From assembly GCA_963666365.2 (NCBI GenBank), contig CAXXNF010000001.1, forward strand, positions 224,001 to 288,000: a stretch of 64,000 bases of DNA. Direction: 5' to 3'. Made by a program: the position numbers and the translations under genes. The notes beneath the pieces were generated by a model. That model was not told where the DNA came from, searched no databases, and saw nothing but the letters and a program-made list of their open reading frames with translations. Shown here piece by piece: positions 28,601 to 40,100 of this stretch; the stretch's first letter is position 1, and every line of letters starts with the position of its first letter. The stretch is from Syntrophales bacterium (GTDB taxonomy: Bacteria > Desulfobacterota > Syntrophia > Syntrophales > UBA2210).

Positions 28601-30925
28601 ATCGGTCAAGGATTTTGCCACCCGGCCCTGGTGATCGTGCCGGTATGTGTAGGAAGTGCCGTCGGGCCTGGTCTCGGTCAGGGAGCTTTCCTCACTTATA
28701 TAAGGCACAAACTCCTCCCCTTCCGAATCCTGAAGGGAAAGTGTCGTCACGTTTTCATCGGCATCCTGCTGAGTCGCCGCTACGCCGCCGCCCTCCCGAT
28801 AGGTCTGCCTGTAGGGGGTGTTTCCCTCGGGATAGGTCACGCCGGTAATGGCGCCGTAACCGGCATAGGCAAAAGTGGTTGATGCGGCCATGGGATCAAT
28901 TACGGACCGCAGGACCAGTTCCTGAGGGTTGTCCGTTGGATTTTCCTCGTAGGCAAGGTCGAAGGTACGGCCCTGGTCGTCGGTAACCGACACCAGATAC
29001 TTGTTCGTATCCTGCGTTCCGACCTGGGCGTAGGCAAAGGAGAGGGATCGGCCCAGGCCGTCTTCCACCGATTCGGGCATGTGGGAGAAATCCCCTTCAC
29101 CGTAGCGGTACGTGAGGACGTTGCCGTTGCGGTCCTCGATGCGGACCAGACGTGCCCGGGAGGCCTGGGTCACCGCCGCCAGATAGACGTCTTCCTGTGA
29201 TTCGTTGACCACACCGTCGACCAATGTCGTTGCCCCGGTGTAAAAAACTACGAAACCTCCATCCGCTGAGATGGAGGACCGAAAACAGCCATCATCCGCC
29301 TCGACGCCTGCGCTGCTGACGCTCGCCCGCGTGGTGGCGCTTCCCTCCATGTCCCGAACGAACACGTCGTAGGACCAGTTCATGTCGTCCGCTACGAGAT
29401 TTGAAGCCCAGGACTCGAAAGCCACAAAGCGGCCGTCCGCCGAAATGGACGGATAACGCGAGCTGTTGTCGGATGCGGCGCCTTCCATACCCACGCTTAC
29501 CAGAACGGTGGCTGTTTCTTGACTGTCGTACAGGAAGACATCCGAACGCCCGTTTGTATCACCTGCAACGAGATTGGTAGCAGACGAGTAAAAGGTCACG
29601 TACCGGCCGTCAGCGGACAGGGATGGCCATTCCGAACTGCTGTCGCCTTCCGTTCCCTCCGAGTCTACGCTCACCCGTGTGGTCGTACCCGTCTCCCGAT
29701 CATGGACGAAAACGTCCCTGGCACTGTTGGCATCGTCCGAAACCAGGGTGCTCGCTTCTGAGGTAAAGGCCACATAGCGGCCGTCTGCCGAAATCGCGGT
29801 GTAAAAAGAATTGCCATTACCCTGGGTCCCGTCCGAATGGATACTTACCAGCGTGGTTTCTCCGGTCTGCCTGTCATGGATAAAAACATCCTTCATCTCG
29901 TTTACATCGTTCTCTACCAGATTTGAGGCAGAGGAGGCAAAGGCCACATAGCGGCCGTCTGCCGATATGGCAGCATAGGAGGAATGACCGTTTCCCTGCG
30001 TTCCGTCGGAGGACACGCTCACAAGACAGGTCTCGCCCTGTTCCCGATCGCAAACGAATATATCCTCATACCCGTTCACGTCGCCTTCAACCAGATCGGA
30101 TGCGTAGGATTCAAAGACTACATACCGGCCGTCCGGGGTAATGGCGGGATTACGCGAAATATTGTTTCCCGACGTCCCTACAGGCGTCACGCTGACCAGA
30201 GAGACCTGTCCCGATGCTCTGTCGCGTACAAAAACGTCCATTTTCCCATTGGTGTCGGGGGTCACAAGGTTGGAAGCCACCGATCCAAAGGCCACGACAC
30301 GTCCTCCTTCGGAAACGCATGCGACGGTTGACCAATTATCCGCCTCCGCTCCTTCGGAGGTCTCGCTTATACGCTCTGAGATCGCCATGGACCAGGGAAT
30401 CGCCTCTTTCTTATAGGAGTATACCAGCTCTTCTTCGGGCTGGAGAAGATAGAAAAACCCGTCCGTTTCCTTAAGACTGCACCGCACACCCTCGAGGGAA
30501 AAGGGCTCCCAGGCAGCGCCGTTTTTGCGGAACCCGTATTCCTTTCCCGCGCCGATGTCCGCATAGACCTCTTCCGGCGTTGTATCGGCATAGCGCGTCA
30601 CACCGCCCGTGTGGGTCCCGGCGAATACCGATGGCAGGCCGTCGGAAAAACGCTTGGCATCCATTTGTGAACCGTAGAAAAGAGAAAAGGAAACCGGCAA
30701 CGGCCCGCCCAGATCGAAGGGATTCATGGTGAAGAAATACTCGCCTGTGGCGGCATTAATCGGATCGCCCACTTTCAACACCGTCGTTTCTGTTTTGGAG
30801 ATCCCTATCTTCGAATATTCTGTCGGTTCCTCGCCATTGGCAGCACAGGTGACACCCAGAAGCAGCACGACAACAAGCAAGAGTATCATCCCCCGCATAC
30901 CGAGTGGGTTCATCTCATTTCGCAT
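25613..30925 (-). CDS. RHS-1: signal peptide, DUF6531-like start, inserted 7-blade TolB/PD40-like beta-propeller, YD shell, RHS core, helical C-terminal domain
   Basis: GDPINAATGE; 7 repeats of the type ISADGRYVAF.S.ASNLV..D.N...DVF; many YD repeats; RARYYDAGNGRFLS and NPYLYAYANPVSTVDVTGF. Confidence 0.92.
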   Translation of the reverse strand: MRNEMNPLGMRGMILLLVVVLLLGVTCAANGEEPTEYSKIGISKTETTVLKVGDPINAATGEYFFTMNPFDLGGPLPVSFSLFYGSQMDAKRFSDGLPSVFAGTHTGGVTRYADTTPEEVYADIGAGKEYGFRKNGAAWEPFSLEGVRCSLKETDGFFYLLQPEEELVYSYKKEAIPWSMAISERISETSEGAEADNWSTVACVSEGGRVVAFGSVASNLVTPDTNGKMDVFVRDRASGQVSLVSVTPVGTSGNNISRNPAITPDGRYVVFESYASDLVEGDVNGYEDIFVCDREQGETCLVSVSSDGTQGNGHSSYAAISADGRYVAFASSASNLVENDVNEMKDVFIHDRQTGETTLVSIHSDGTQGNGNSFYTAISADGRYVAFTSEASTLVSDDANSARDVFVHDRETGTTTRVSVDSEGTEGDSSSEWPSLSADGRYVTFYSSATNLVAGDTNGRSDVFLYDSQETATVLVSVGMEGAASDNSSRYPSISADGRFVAFESWASNLVADDMNWSYDVFVRDMEGSATTRASVSSAGVEADDGCFRSSISADGGFVVFYTGATTLVDGVVNESQEDVYLAAVTQASRARLVRIEDRNGNVLTYRYGEGDFSHMPESVEDGLGRSLSFAYAQVGTQDTNKYLVSVTDDQGRTFDLAYEENPTDNPQELVLRSVIDPMAASTTFAYAGYGAITGVTYPEGNTPYRQTYREGGGVAATQQDADENVTTLSLQDSEGEEFVPYISEESSLTETRPDGTSYTYRHDHQGRVAKSLTDPAGNTAQFSSDSVRDEITGVTDRLGGVATLTSDPDTGFTTSVTNALGNRISYTYTSQEQTFSHPEDEESVNFTFHDPTKEDYPDGTSLGLAYDERGNITSMTDPSGETWTFVYDEQGRMTSSTNPVGGTTTYTYNTDGTAASATDPDGVTAAFTYDAMRRRTGITVAGTSTTTMDYDGNDRITGITHPTGSTYQFTYDTNGNLTSITDPTGNAASLVFDDMDRTVSATDRTGAVTTTGYDTMGRISSMTDPASVASVFHYDSLGRLVGMTRGGDTWQTAYDAEGVVSSRTTPLGYTTGYVTDALGQVTRMTDACGRSIYFEWDAMNRIISVTDGLGRTGGLAYGPGGNLSSITLPETGTMTLQYDAMGALTGITDRRGNSWPFTRSESGRMESAATPSGYKITYEYDNQGRVSSETGSDGRSVSLIRDAAGNVTGKTCSDGTVFTYEYDELGRLTSTEGLILTRDAEGLVETTSTGGKTFGAVYDGAGRLVTASYGNDFNVDYSYDGDTGLLTGLGDTLTGTWMTLSYDRDRRLTGITRSNGVNGTYTYNGAGELVRIQEGSIVDCAYTLDNAGQVVSADMTVPLDPAEALGFRTRHYAYDSACSPQSPGHSSDNAGNTTSSPSHRFQWNAESLLARVDDTDLSYNGMGDLLTRTEDDSTTRYHYNYGIGLHPVVAEEVGATGTVTRYYVWSPEGELLYSIGMATAEPSVRFYHFNLTGSTLALTDENGLVTDAYAYTPYGRVLGHQGESLQFFTYAGKWGVRQEGEGGDLFHIRARYYDAGNGRFLSPEPLRPQEPDLHMLNPYLYAYANPVSTVDVTGFAPTATMTPSEFLDLHREYERAKTEALVYQSCIDHADLYEDCEDFDLHMVRCFLAHSIKIIKKLSFMGRREMQQKAVRIEKKVNALLKRVSEGRAKIRELEQPKNKEIIHKEYALLDKILDEAAGHYDSPSIAGLIQDCEAEIYSARERMEQAESFRQSVDAAEKELKRMGFSPE

Positions 30926-30985
30926 CGCAACCTCCCGCGTAACAGTAAGGATAAAAAAAGATCCAAATTTTTATCATGAAAGGGA

Positions 30986-31014
30986 AATATAAGAAAAACG
31001 GCATTGCGAGTCAA
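30986..31014 (-). promoter_or_regulatory. Sigma70-type promoter of RHS-1
   Basis: TTGACT-17 nt-TATATT, 60 nt upstream of the start codon. Confidence 0.6.
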
Positions 31015-31112
31015 TGAATAATACCCGTCATACAGGCAATGCAAAATATATCAAATTGATTTCACAATATATTTACCGCGTCTTTTTTATTAAGGTGGAA
31101 TTTTTTCAGTGC

Positions 31113-34100
31113 TCAGGGCAACCCGGCGGATTTTCGAAGGGTATAGATAAGATCTTCCACGCCTGCCTTCCCGTCGCCGTTTACGTCGCCGGTAACGAAA
31201 CAGTCGTCCGGAACGGTACCGGCGATCACCTGTAACAGTATAACGGAGTCTGCCAGACCGACCTCCCCGTCATTGTTGAAATCGCCCCTTATATACTCAG
31301 AGGAGAAGACGGCTTCGATCACATGATCGGCAATTACGTCGCTGAGGGTATAGTGAGCCGGCATACCGTACAACGGATCGGCGGGGATCACCGCCGCCAG
31401 TACCGACATACCGTCCACGGCGACGTCGATGAGCGACGCGCCAGGATCGGGAACGAACATCCACATATATGATTCGTGATCTTCGAGATACACCGGTTCG
31501 GAAGGCAGGATTTTACCCCTTCCCGAACTGACCGGTGTGATCTCGTGTTCGTTCAGAGCAAATCGCGCCTCTATCGCATGCCCCTCGTTTACGTTGCTGA
31601 AAACGTATGTCTCGACGGGACCGACGGACAGGCCGTCCACAAGAACATCTTCGAGATGATAATTCGCCCCGGCACCCATGTAATAAGTGATTTCGCCGCC
31701 GTGGGTTACGGTGGAATCGCCTGCGGGGTCGATGTACCCCCCGGCGCCCGCCGTTGCGGATATAATATAACGGTTTGCCTCGAACCAGGCCGCGATGGAA
31801 TGGTAATCGTTCGTAACCTCTATAAACGTGTAGGTATCGACCGGTTCGGGAAGCACAAGCCCGTCCACAATTACGGATGATACATGAAACCCCTCGTCGG
31901 CACCGATGGTAAAGGTGAGGTCGCCGCCGTGGTATACGGGCGCTTCTCCCGAAGGATCGATCCAGCCTCCGCTGCCCGCGTCGGCGCTGATCGTGTACTG
32001 CACCGTTCCGAAGGTCGCCTCGACGGTATGGTCGGAAGCGATGTCGTCAAAGGTGTAACTGTCGATCGGTCCCTGCGAAACGCCGTCGACGTGCACATCC
32101 TCGATATAATGACCCCAATCGGCATCGATCGTGTAGACGACGCCGGACGTGCCGTGGTCGTATTCACTCGCGCCGGGAGGCCAAATCGTGCCTCCTGCGC
32201 CTGCAATTGCCGTCACGGTATATCGCTTCAGGGTAAAGACAGCCCCGATCTCCCTGTCCCGATCCACCGAAATCGTGCATGTCGTTCCGCTCCAGGATTC
32301 GACCCCCGTAAATCCTCCGAAGTTGGAGGTTTCATCGGGTGTTGCCAGAAGCGTCACTTCTGTTCCCGCGAGGAATTCGGCACTGCACAGGTCGCCGCAC
32401 TCGATGCCGCCCGGTATCGAGAGGACGACTCCTCCTCCGTTTCCTTCCCGGACAAGGGTGAAGGTATAGATTCTCGTGACTTCCGTGTCCATATGAACGG
32501 CATTGTTCGATTCATCGGGATCGATATTCGGGCCTTTCACGGTTGCATCGTTCATAAGCGAATCCGCCCCTCGGGGTGCCTTGAGCGTCAAGGTTACCGT
32601 GGCGGAGGCGCCGGCGGCCAGGCCGCTCAGGACGAACTGCGCCTCCCCGTCGGACGTATTGACAGTCCCCTCGCCGGCGTCGGCGGAAATAAAGAGGGCA
32701 TCCTGCGGAAAGGTATCGACGATACGCACCGACTGCGCATCGTCGGGGCCACGGTTGGTCACGGTAATGGTGTAGGTCAGCGCCTCGCCCGCCAGCACAG
32801 GATCGGCATCGGCACTCAGCGAAACTTCCATGTCCGACAGGCCAACGGTTCGCACCGGCCAGACGTTGGCCCCGTTCATATCGGCTTCCTTGCTCATCGC
32901 GTCGATGCGCATCTCCCAGAAATTGCCCACCCAGGCGACCGTCGCCGGATCGGCAGGCCGACTGGTGGAAGACCAGTACATGCTCCTGACATCCTCAAAG
33001 GGCATGCCGGGGATGGTTCCTCCCTCGCTATATATCTTCGACACATCGAAAAGGCTTGCCAGTTCGTATATTGCGGGCATACGCCAATCTGTGCAAGGAC
33101 TTTCGCTTACCCGATAGGTCCCGTCGTTGATACCGGCGATAAAATCAAGGGCCATCTGCCAGGAGACGCGTCCTTCATTCCGACAATTCCCGAAGGTGTC
33201 GTAGGAGGGATATAATACCCCGACGGGATCGGCCTTCTTCAGCCACTGAAGCCCCGTCATGCTATCGGTGACGGTGCCGTCGCCGTTCTCCTTGAACCGC
33301 ACCGCCGGCGCCGCAAGCCCCCGTTGGAGATCGCCGTCGTCGCCCGTTGCATAGCTTTCGGTCTGTCCCGTTTTCGGGATCTTTGCGGACCCGCTACCTC
33401 TTCCCCGCACGGGAAGGAAAAAATAGTGATTTGTCTTCGCGATTGTCGACAGAGCAGCCGAAGCGCCCAGGGAACAGCGATAGGCGGACGCGGACGAGCT
33501 GTGAAAACTGGTCGAGGTCCAGAAGGCCATGGAATACAGTGAAAAGCCGAATGAATTGAGCCACTCGACAACATTCGACTCTCGGCCGTTCATCACAAGG
33601 CTTGTCATCTCAAAAACATTGGGCACCCGCCAGTCGTTATAGGATGCGGAGTAGCCATAGTTCACGTAATTTTGGGAAGATACATTCAGGGACTGCACGA
33701 GCGCAAACGTGTCCTGCCAGGTCGGCGCCAAATCGCCAAAAAGATCAATGCGGCCTATCCACATGAGTCCCGTGTAGTGATCGGTAATTGTGCCGTCCCC
33801 GTTGTCGGTGAAGCGCGGTTCCGGCCATGGAGGACCAACGTGCAGATCGCCGTCGTCTCCCTGCGCATAGCTCGTCCGTTGTCCTGAAAAGGCCGGGGTG
33901 ATGGGATAGGATATCTCATGAAAGACCACTTCGACAACATGATCGGCTTCAATGTATGACAGCAGCAGTGACCCGGCGACGGGGCCCCTGTCCGTACCAT
34001 CGACGACCACCTGCGCCGTTTCAAACCCTTCGTCCGGGGTGATGGCGATCACCAGCGAATCGCCGTACTCAATCACGCGGCTGCCTGCGGGAATCACCGC

Positions 34101-37100
34101 GCCGCCTGCCCCTGCCGCTATATCGACGGTAAAGGTCCTGATGCGGAAGGAGACGTCGATCGTATGATCGGCATGGATATCGCTGAAGGTGTAGCTGTCG
34201 ACGGCGCCAATCGAAACACCGTCGATGCGCACGTCGTCGATCTCGTAGCCGACATCCGGGGTAATCACAAACGTGGCGTCGCTGCCTGCCGGAAAAGAAC
34301 TCACCCCCGCCGGGGCAATAGCACCTTGATAGCCCGCCGTTGCAGTGATCCTGTGTACCTCCACCGCGACAGCGCAGATCGTCTGGTCGGAGGTGACGGC
34401 ATCGAAGGTCCATGCATCGACGGCCCCTATCGAGACGCCGTTGACACAGACGTCGGCAATCGCATAGCCCGTCTCGGCGTCAACGGAGAAGGAGCAGCTT
34501 CCTCCATGGGGAACCGTCTGCGTTTCCGAGGGAGTAAAGACCACATGGGGAGCGGCACAAGGCGTCACACTGTAGGTAGTGACGGCGAAGGTCGCCTCTA
34601 CGATGTGATCCTCTTCCACTATTCCGATTTCGTAGGACGACACCGCCCCCACCGAAAGGCCGTTATCGGTGACATCCGCCACATGGTATCCCTCGTCCGG
34701 TGTGATGTCGAAGGTGATGCCGTAGGTGGCGTCGACCACCTGGGGCCCCGACGGGGAGATGGTCCCGTGCGCGCCGGCCGTTCCCGTCACGATGAATTTC
34801 TGAAGCTCGAAAACGGCTTCGATCGTATGATCTTCTGTGACCCCCGTGAAGATATAGGAATCGGAGACGCCCGCCGACAGGCCGTCTACCCTCAGATCGG
34901 CAATATTGTAATAGGTATCGGGCGTTATCCTGTAGGTACTATCGCCCCCGTAGTTGACGGTGGTCGTTCCCGCCGGGTCGATACGGCCTCCCGCGACATG
35001 GTACTCCGTATCACGTATCGATGAAACGATCTCTAAAGTACGAAGCGTAAAGGTGATCACCGCCTGTGTATCGCCGTCCATGGTAAGGGTGGCAGAGCCC
35101 GTACCGGTGCAGGCACCGCTCCACTGCCCCGCAGCGGTCCCTTCATCGGCCAGCGGATACAATCTGACAAGGGTGCCGGGATTCAGGACCAGTTCCGTAT
35201 CTTCCCTCGCACGGATCGTATCGTACCCCTCGGCGGAGATCTCCACCTCGCCGCTGCCGTTGCCGCTGAAATCGACGGTAAGGGTATGGGCGATTCCCGT
35301 TCCCGTCAGGGGAACCGTTACCGACGGATAGTGCGGATCATCAGAAGTGATAATAAGAAAGGTCTTTTTCACCCCCCTTGACAGGGGGGCAAAGCCCACG
35401 GAACATTGTATCTGCTGCGACGGCATGATGACCGCATTCGAGGGAGGGCTGTGGTAGAGAAAATAGAAATCGTCCCTGTCGCCGCCGAAAAGATAGACCG
35501 GCCCCAGGGTCAGGTCGCCGGCACCCGAGTTTCCTATGGTCACTTCGAGCACATGATCGTATGAAGGATCCGCCCCCACGTCTACACTCCCGAAATCACG
35601 GACCGATCGGTTTACCCCTATAACGGGGTCGTTCCCCTTTTCCACCCGCCCTCCCCGCACCGGCCAGAGGGCGTATTCGTTTGCTTTTTCGCTTCTGCCG
35701 AAACGTCCTTTCGAAAAACTCACGTAATAGGCCATCGAGGGATCGAGGAGCACATTCGTCGAAGACCAGCAGGAACCCGCCACATTGATGAAGGGGTGTC
35801 CTTCGGCAAGAGACGGATCGTAGCGCGAAAAGTCCACAAGGCTTTCCAGTTCCTTGAAGTTGGGCAGGCGCCAGTCGGCATACCCCGCGTTCAGATTCGG
35901 ATAGATTTCGTGATTATAGTAGGTTTCGTCGTTGAGGGCGGCGACGAAATCGAGGGCCTGCCGCCAGGTGAGGGTACCACCGCTATAGCCCGCAGTGGCG
36001 GCGGGGGAGGCGTTTTTCATCCACACCAGTCCCGTAAGGGCATCCGTGACGGTGCCGTCGCCGTTGTCCACAAAGCGGGGGTCAGGCCAGGCCACTCCCC
36101 GGCGTGTGTCGCCGTCGTCACCTGAGGCCGCCGAATGCGACGCACCCTGACCGGTCTTGGCCACATTGGCCGGGTACAGAGGATCGCGGTCGTTCTCCTG
36201 CCCCCCCCTGACAAGCAGCACGTGGAGCGTATCGGGAGACGACACGCCGATTTCGTCACGGAAAAAGCGATCGATCCTCCGGGTTTCGCCGAAATCGGCC
36301 CCCCAGGCGTAGACAAAGTCGGCATTGTTGTCGCAGGTGGAGGACCAGTAGAGGGCATCGGCGGGCACATTATTAAATCCCCGCGGACCGATGAACTGGG
36401 CCGTGGTAAATTCGTCATTTTCCATGAGGCTGATCAGTTCGTTGACGTTGGGAAGCCGCCAGTCGTTGTACCCCGCGGCGCAGTCTCCGAATGTTCCGTC
36501 GTTGACACCGGCCACAAAGGCAAGGGCATGATGCCAGGTAACCCGGCCGTCGGCGTTCCCGTCGCCATCGAAGGCAGGATAGTGGGACCCGACGGGATTT
36601 CCGTCGCCGTACCACACAAGCCCCGTCAGATTGTCCCGCACCGTTCCGTCGCCCAATTCCGTAAAACGTTCTTCGGGCCAGGCGACACCGGCCCTTGCGT
36701 CGCCGTCCTGGCCGGACCCCGCGCAATCGATCGAATAGCCGTCATCGTCATAACAGGAGTAATGATCAGCCAGTCCGTCCCAATATGCCGTCTGGGGAAT
36801 CTCTACAACGCCCGCGGGCGCCCCTTTGCCCGTCAGAGGATATTCGTCGGAGACACCGTTGTCGTTGCCGTAGGCATCGAGACATACGCCGGGATGAACC
36901 GGATCGGGATTCGAACAGACGTGATCGTACCAGTAATTGCCCCATCCCTCGAAGGACCACTGATTGCCGCCGTCGTCAATGGCGCTGCAATAGATGAAAC
37001 TGTTGTGCCAGGAAACCACCGAATTGCATCCGATAAGGGACATTCCGCAGTCAAGGTCGTCGAAAACGTTATCGTGTACCTTTGCGCCGGCGACATTTTG

Positions 37101-40100
37101 AAGCCGCAGGCCCGTGACTGAAGAGGCATCGGAAAAAATATTTTTGCCGATCACCAGATCCGCCGCGTTCAGGAGGGAAGTCCCCGCAACGGCAATCCCG
37201 TAGAAGGAAGAATTCCACAGGCCATCGAAGGAGTTCGACGACACATCGATATGAGACGACCCGTTGTCGATGGAGAATTCGATCCCCCCTTCGCAACCCG
37301 CAAAGACATTCTCCCGTATCACGATATTTTTCAGGAGCCCTTCCCCGGCAATTGCATTCGCCGACGTCCTGTTAAAGGTGCACGCCTCTACGGTAATATT
37401 TTCGCAGTCGCTAAGGAACAACGGCGTCTCCGTTCCAGAAAAATCCATGTTCTCTATGTCGAAATTGTTGCAACCGGAAAGGGAAATTTTTTCGATTGCC
37501 GAATCGCGCAGCCTTCCGGAGACAGTTGCCGAAAAATCCATATTCGAAAGCGTCAGCTCCCTACAGGTTACCCCCTCAAGAGAAACGCCCGAGGCACCGG
37601 AGATTGACAGGCCGTAATCCGGAAACGCGCAGTCTGTCAGCAAAAGCGGCCCGGCCTTTACCAGGGTGATCGATTGGCCGTCCAGATCGACGGCAAAATC
37701 GCTTGCGGGCGGAGAATAATTCGGAATCAGCGGTGTCGTTCCGTAGACAAGGCTGACCTTCGCCCCCATCTGCGTTCCGGCAAGCGAGAGTGTGCCTCCT
37801 TCGGCAACCCTTATGGGCAGGCTGTCGGTATTGCTGAAAACCGCATCGCCGACACTCAGCGCTCCTCCCGACGCCACTTCGACGGCGGGCGATGTATAGG
37901 GGGACGGAACCCAGACGATATCGCCCCCGTTAACGGTCAGCAAATCGCCCGCTTGAATATCCCTGAGATCGGCGGCATATACGGGACCGGTCGCGTCAAA
38001 GGTTCCCCGTGGCCGCAGGATCACTTTTTCGGATACCTTGTTGCCCCCGTCGACAAGGAGCGTCGCATATATATCCTGCGGCCCGAAATAGCCGGAAGTG
38101 TCCCAGGTCATACGGGCGATACCCCGGCTTCCCCACCGGCTGACGTCAAGGGGCGCATCGTTGATGCACTGTCCCCCGTTCGCGGGATCGCCGAAATAGA
38201 TGTCAACGGTATAGTCGTCATTGCCGAAAAGGCCTTCGATAAAGATCTTCAGTTCAAGCGCCGTTCCCGCCGGGACGTCAGCCGCCCCGTAGACGCGATC
38301 GTCCTTCTCCTTTCCCGCCGCAATGCAATAGGATCCCGTCCCCGAATAATCGCTCCAGGCGTTGCCTGTGGAGTTCCCGTCATCCCACGCATTCGCGCCG
38401 CCGTCGTAGGCCGCCGCTCCTCCCTCCACACCGTTCTTCAGGAACAAAGCGTTTGAAAAGATGCGGTTTCCGTATCCGCGCTCCACCCGCAGGGCGTTGG
38501 CAAGTGTCTCGTATATGCGGTTCCCCTCTATAACATTATTGTTGCCGTTATTTATCGCAATGCCGCAGCAGCTCCACTGAATGTGGTTTCCCCCGATGGT
38601 GCAGTTGTCCGCGCCGTCGAGGATAATGCCCGTAACGGTGCGCAGAATCCGCATATTATAGAGTCTGACGCCCGATGCGGCGATTCGGAAGCCGTAGTCG
38701 AGATAGTGTTCTCCCTCCGGCCTCGCCGCGACGGCAGGATTTTCCCGGTCCCGGCAGAACAGGGTAAGATTCGGGGTGGCGATCCGCACCGGTTCCTCAT
38801 AATATTCCCCGTCGCCTTTCGGAAAGATTTCAATGGAATCCCCCGGCGTCGAGGCATCGACGGCCGCCTGGATCGTGGCGTATTGACGGCCGGGTCCGAC
38901 AGTATGTGTGGCCGTTTCCGGCAGATCGTCAGCGACATAGGCGGAGAGATCCCCGATGGACGGGACAGGATACCTGTCGACTCCAGCCGTCTCATCACTC
39001 TCCGAAGGGGCCGTAAATACCAAGGTTTGCACTCGCGGGCGGGTATACTCGGTGACCGTATCGGCATGAAGGGCGGCAAGTCCTTCCAGTCCGCGCAGTT
39101 CACCCATCCAGGCCAGCAAGATGGCTTCGTAGAGCATGTCGTTCGTGCCGTTTCCATCGACATCGCCGACATCGGCCAGGGGGTCCATTCCCGCCGTGGA
39201 CAAGGCACTCAGGATCCACTGCTGTATCCATCCATAGCCGAGGCGGGTCTTTGTCGTGGACGCCTTGACGTGCACCGCTCCGGCGACGGCTTTCCCCGCG
39301 GAAAGGGAGGCTCTGAGCGCATCCACGGCTGCCATATTGGCTTCCGCCGTTGCCCCGTAGGAAAACCCAGCATCAATGAGGGCAACGGCATCGGACAGGT
39401 TTTTGATCGCCGCGCCGGTCTGATCTGCCGGTTCGACAAGATTTGACCCGACCTCGTAGAGTTCATCCCCCCATGAATCCTGCCAGGCCCGATAGAGGTA
39501 GAGTTCCGCGGCGCCTCGGTAAAAATTGTCCATCATGCCCGAAAGACCCGCAAGCGTTGATGTGGCGAGGAAGGCCGCATTATTTTTAAAGGTCTGAAGC
39601 GGCATCAGCAGCGGAGGAACTCCCAGGTATTCCATGGCATATTCGACCAGTGCGCCCGCTCCCTCTTTTGCAAGATTATCAAAGCTTACCTTTTCCTTCG
39701 CCTCCTTCATGAGAAAGACCGCCCCGTCATCCGCGTTCCTGATCGCTTCAATCTCCTTTATTTTCTGAAAATCTTCCGCATAGAGGGGACCCAGGGTCTT
39801 CATATCGACATGGTCGGAATAGGGCGTCATGTTTTGAAACATTTCGAAATGGTGATACATGGCGCTCCGGTACTGCTGATAGGCAAAAAGAAAATAGGAG
39901 AGTTTGTGCCGCAAAACGAAAAGATCGGCCTGAGATAATTGGAGTCCCGGATATGGATCAGCACAGGCATCTTCGCAAACCGTATTACCTGCGGAGGAGG
40001 TGCTGTAAGGGATATCAGCGGCGCAGTTCGCGCAGCCGCTATGACATGCTGCAGGAACGTACCGAGGCAGCCAGAGGATTAGGCACAGGAAAAGGATAAG

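Noticed and set aside
26200..29150. CRISPR array or DNA-level tandem repeats in the RHS genes
   Set aside because: The periodicity is protein-level YD repetition; there are no identical direct repeats with spacers and no cas genes.
32850..36800. Diversity-generating retroelement targeting the DUF1566 domains
   Set aside because: DUF1566 is a known DGR target fold, but I found no reverse transcriptase and no near-identical template/variable repeat pair with adenine-specific mismatches in the window. A remote DGR cannot be excluded.
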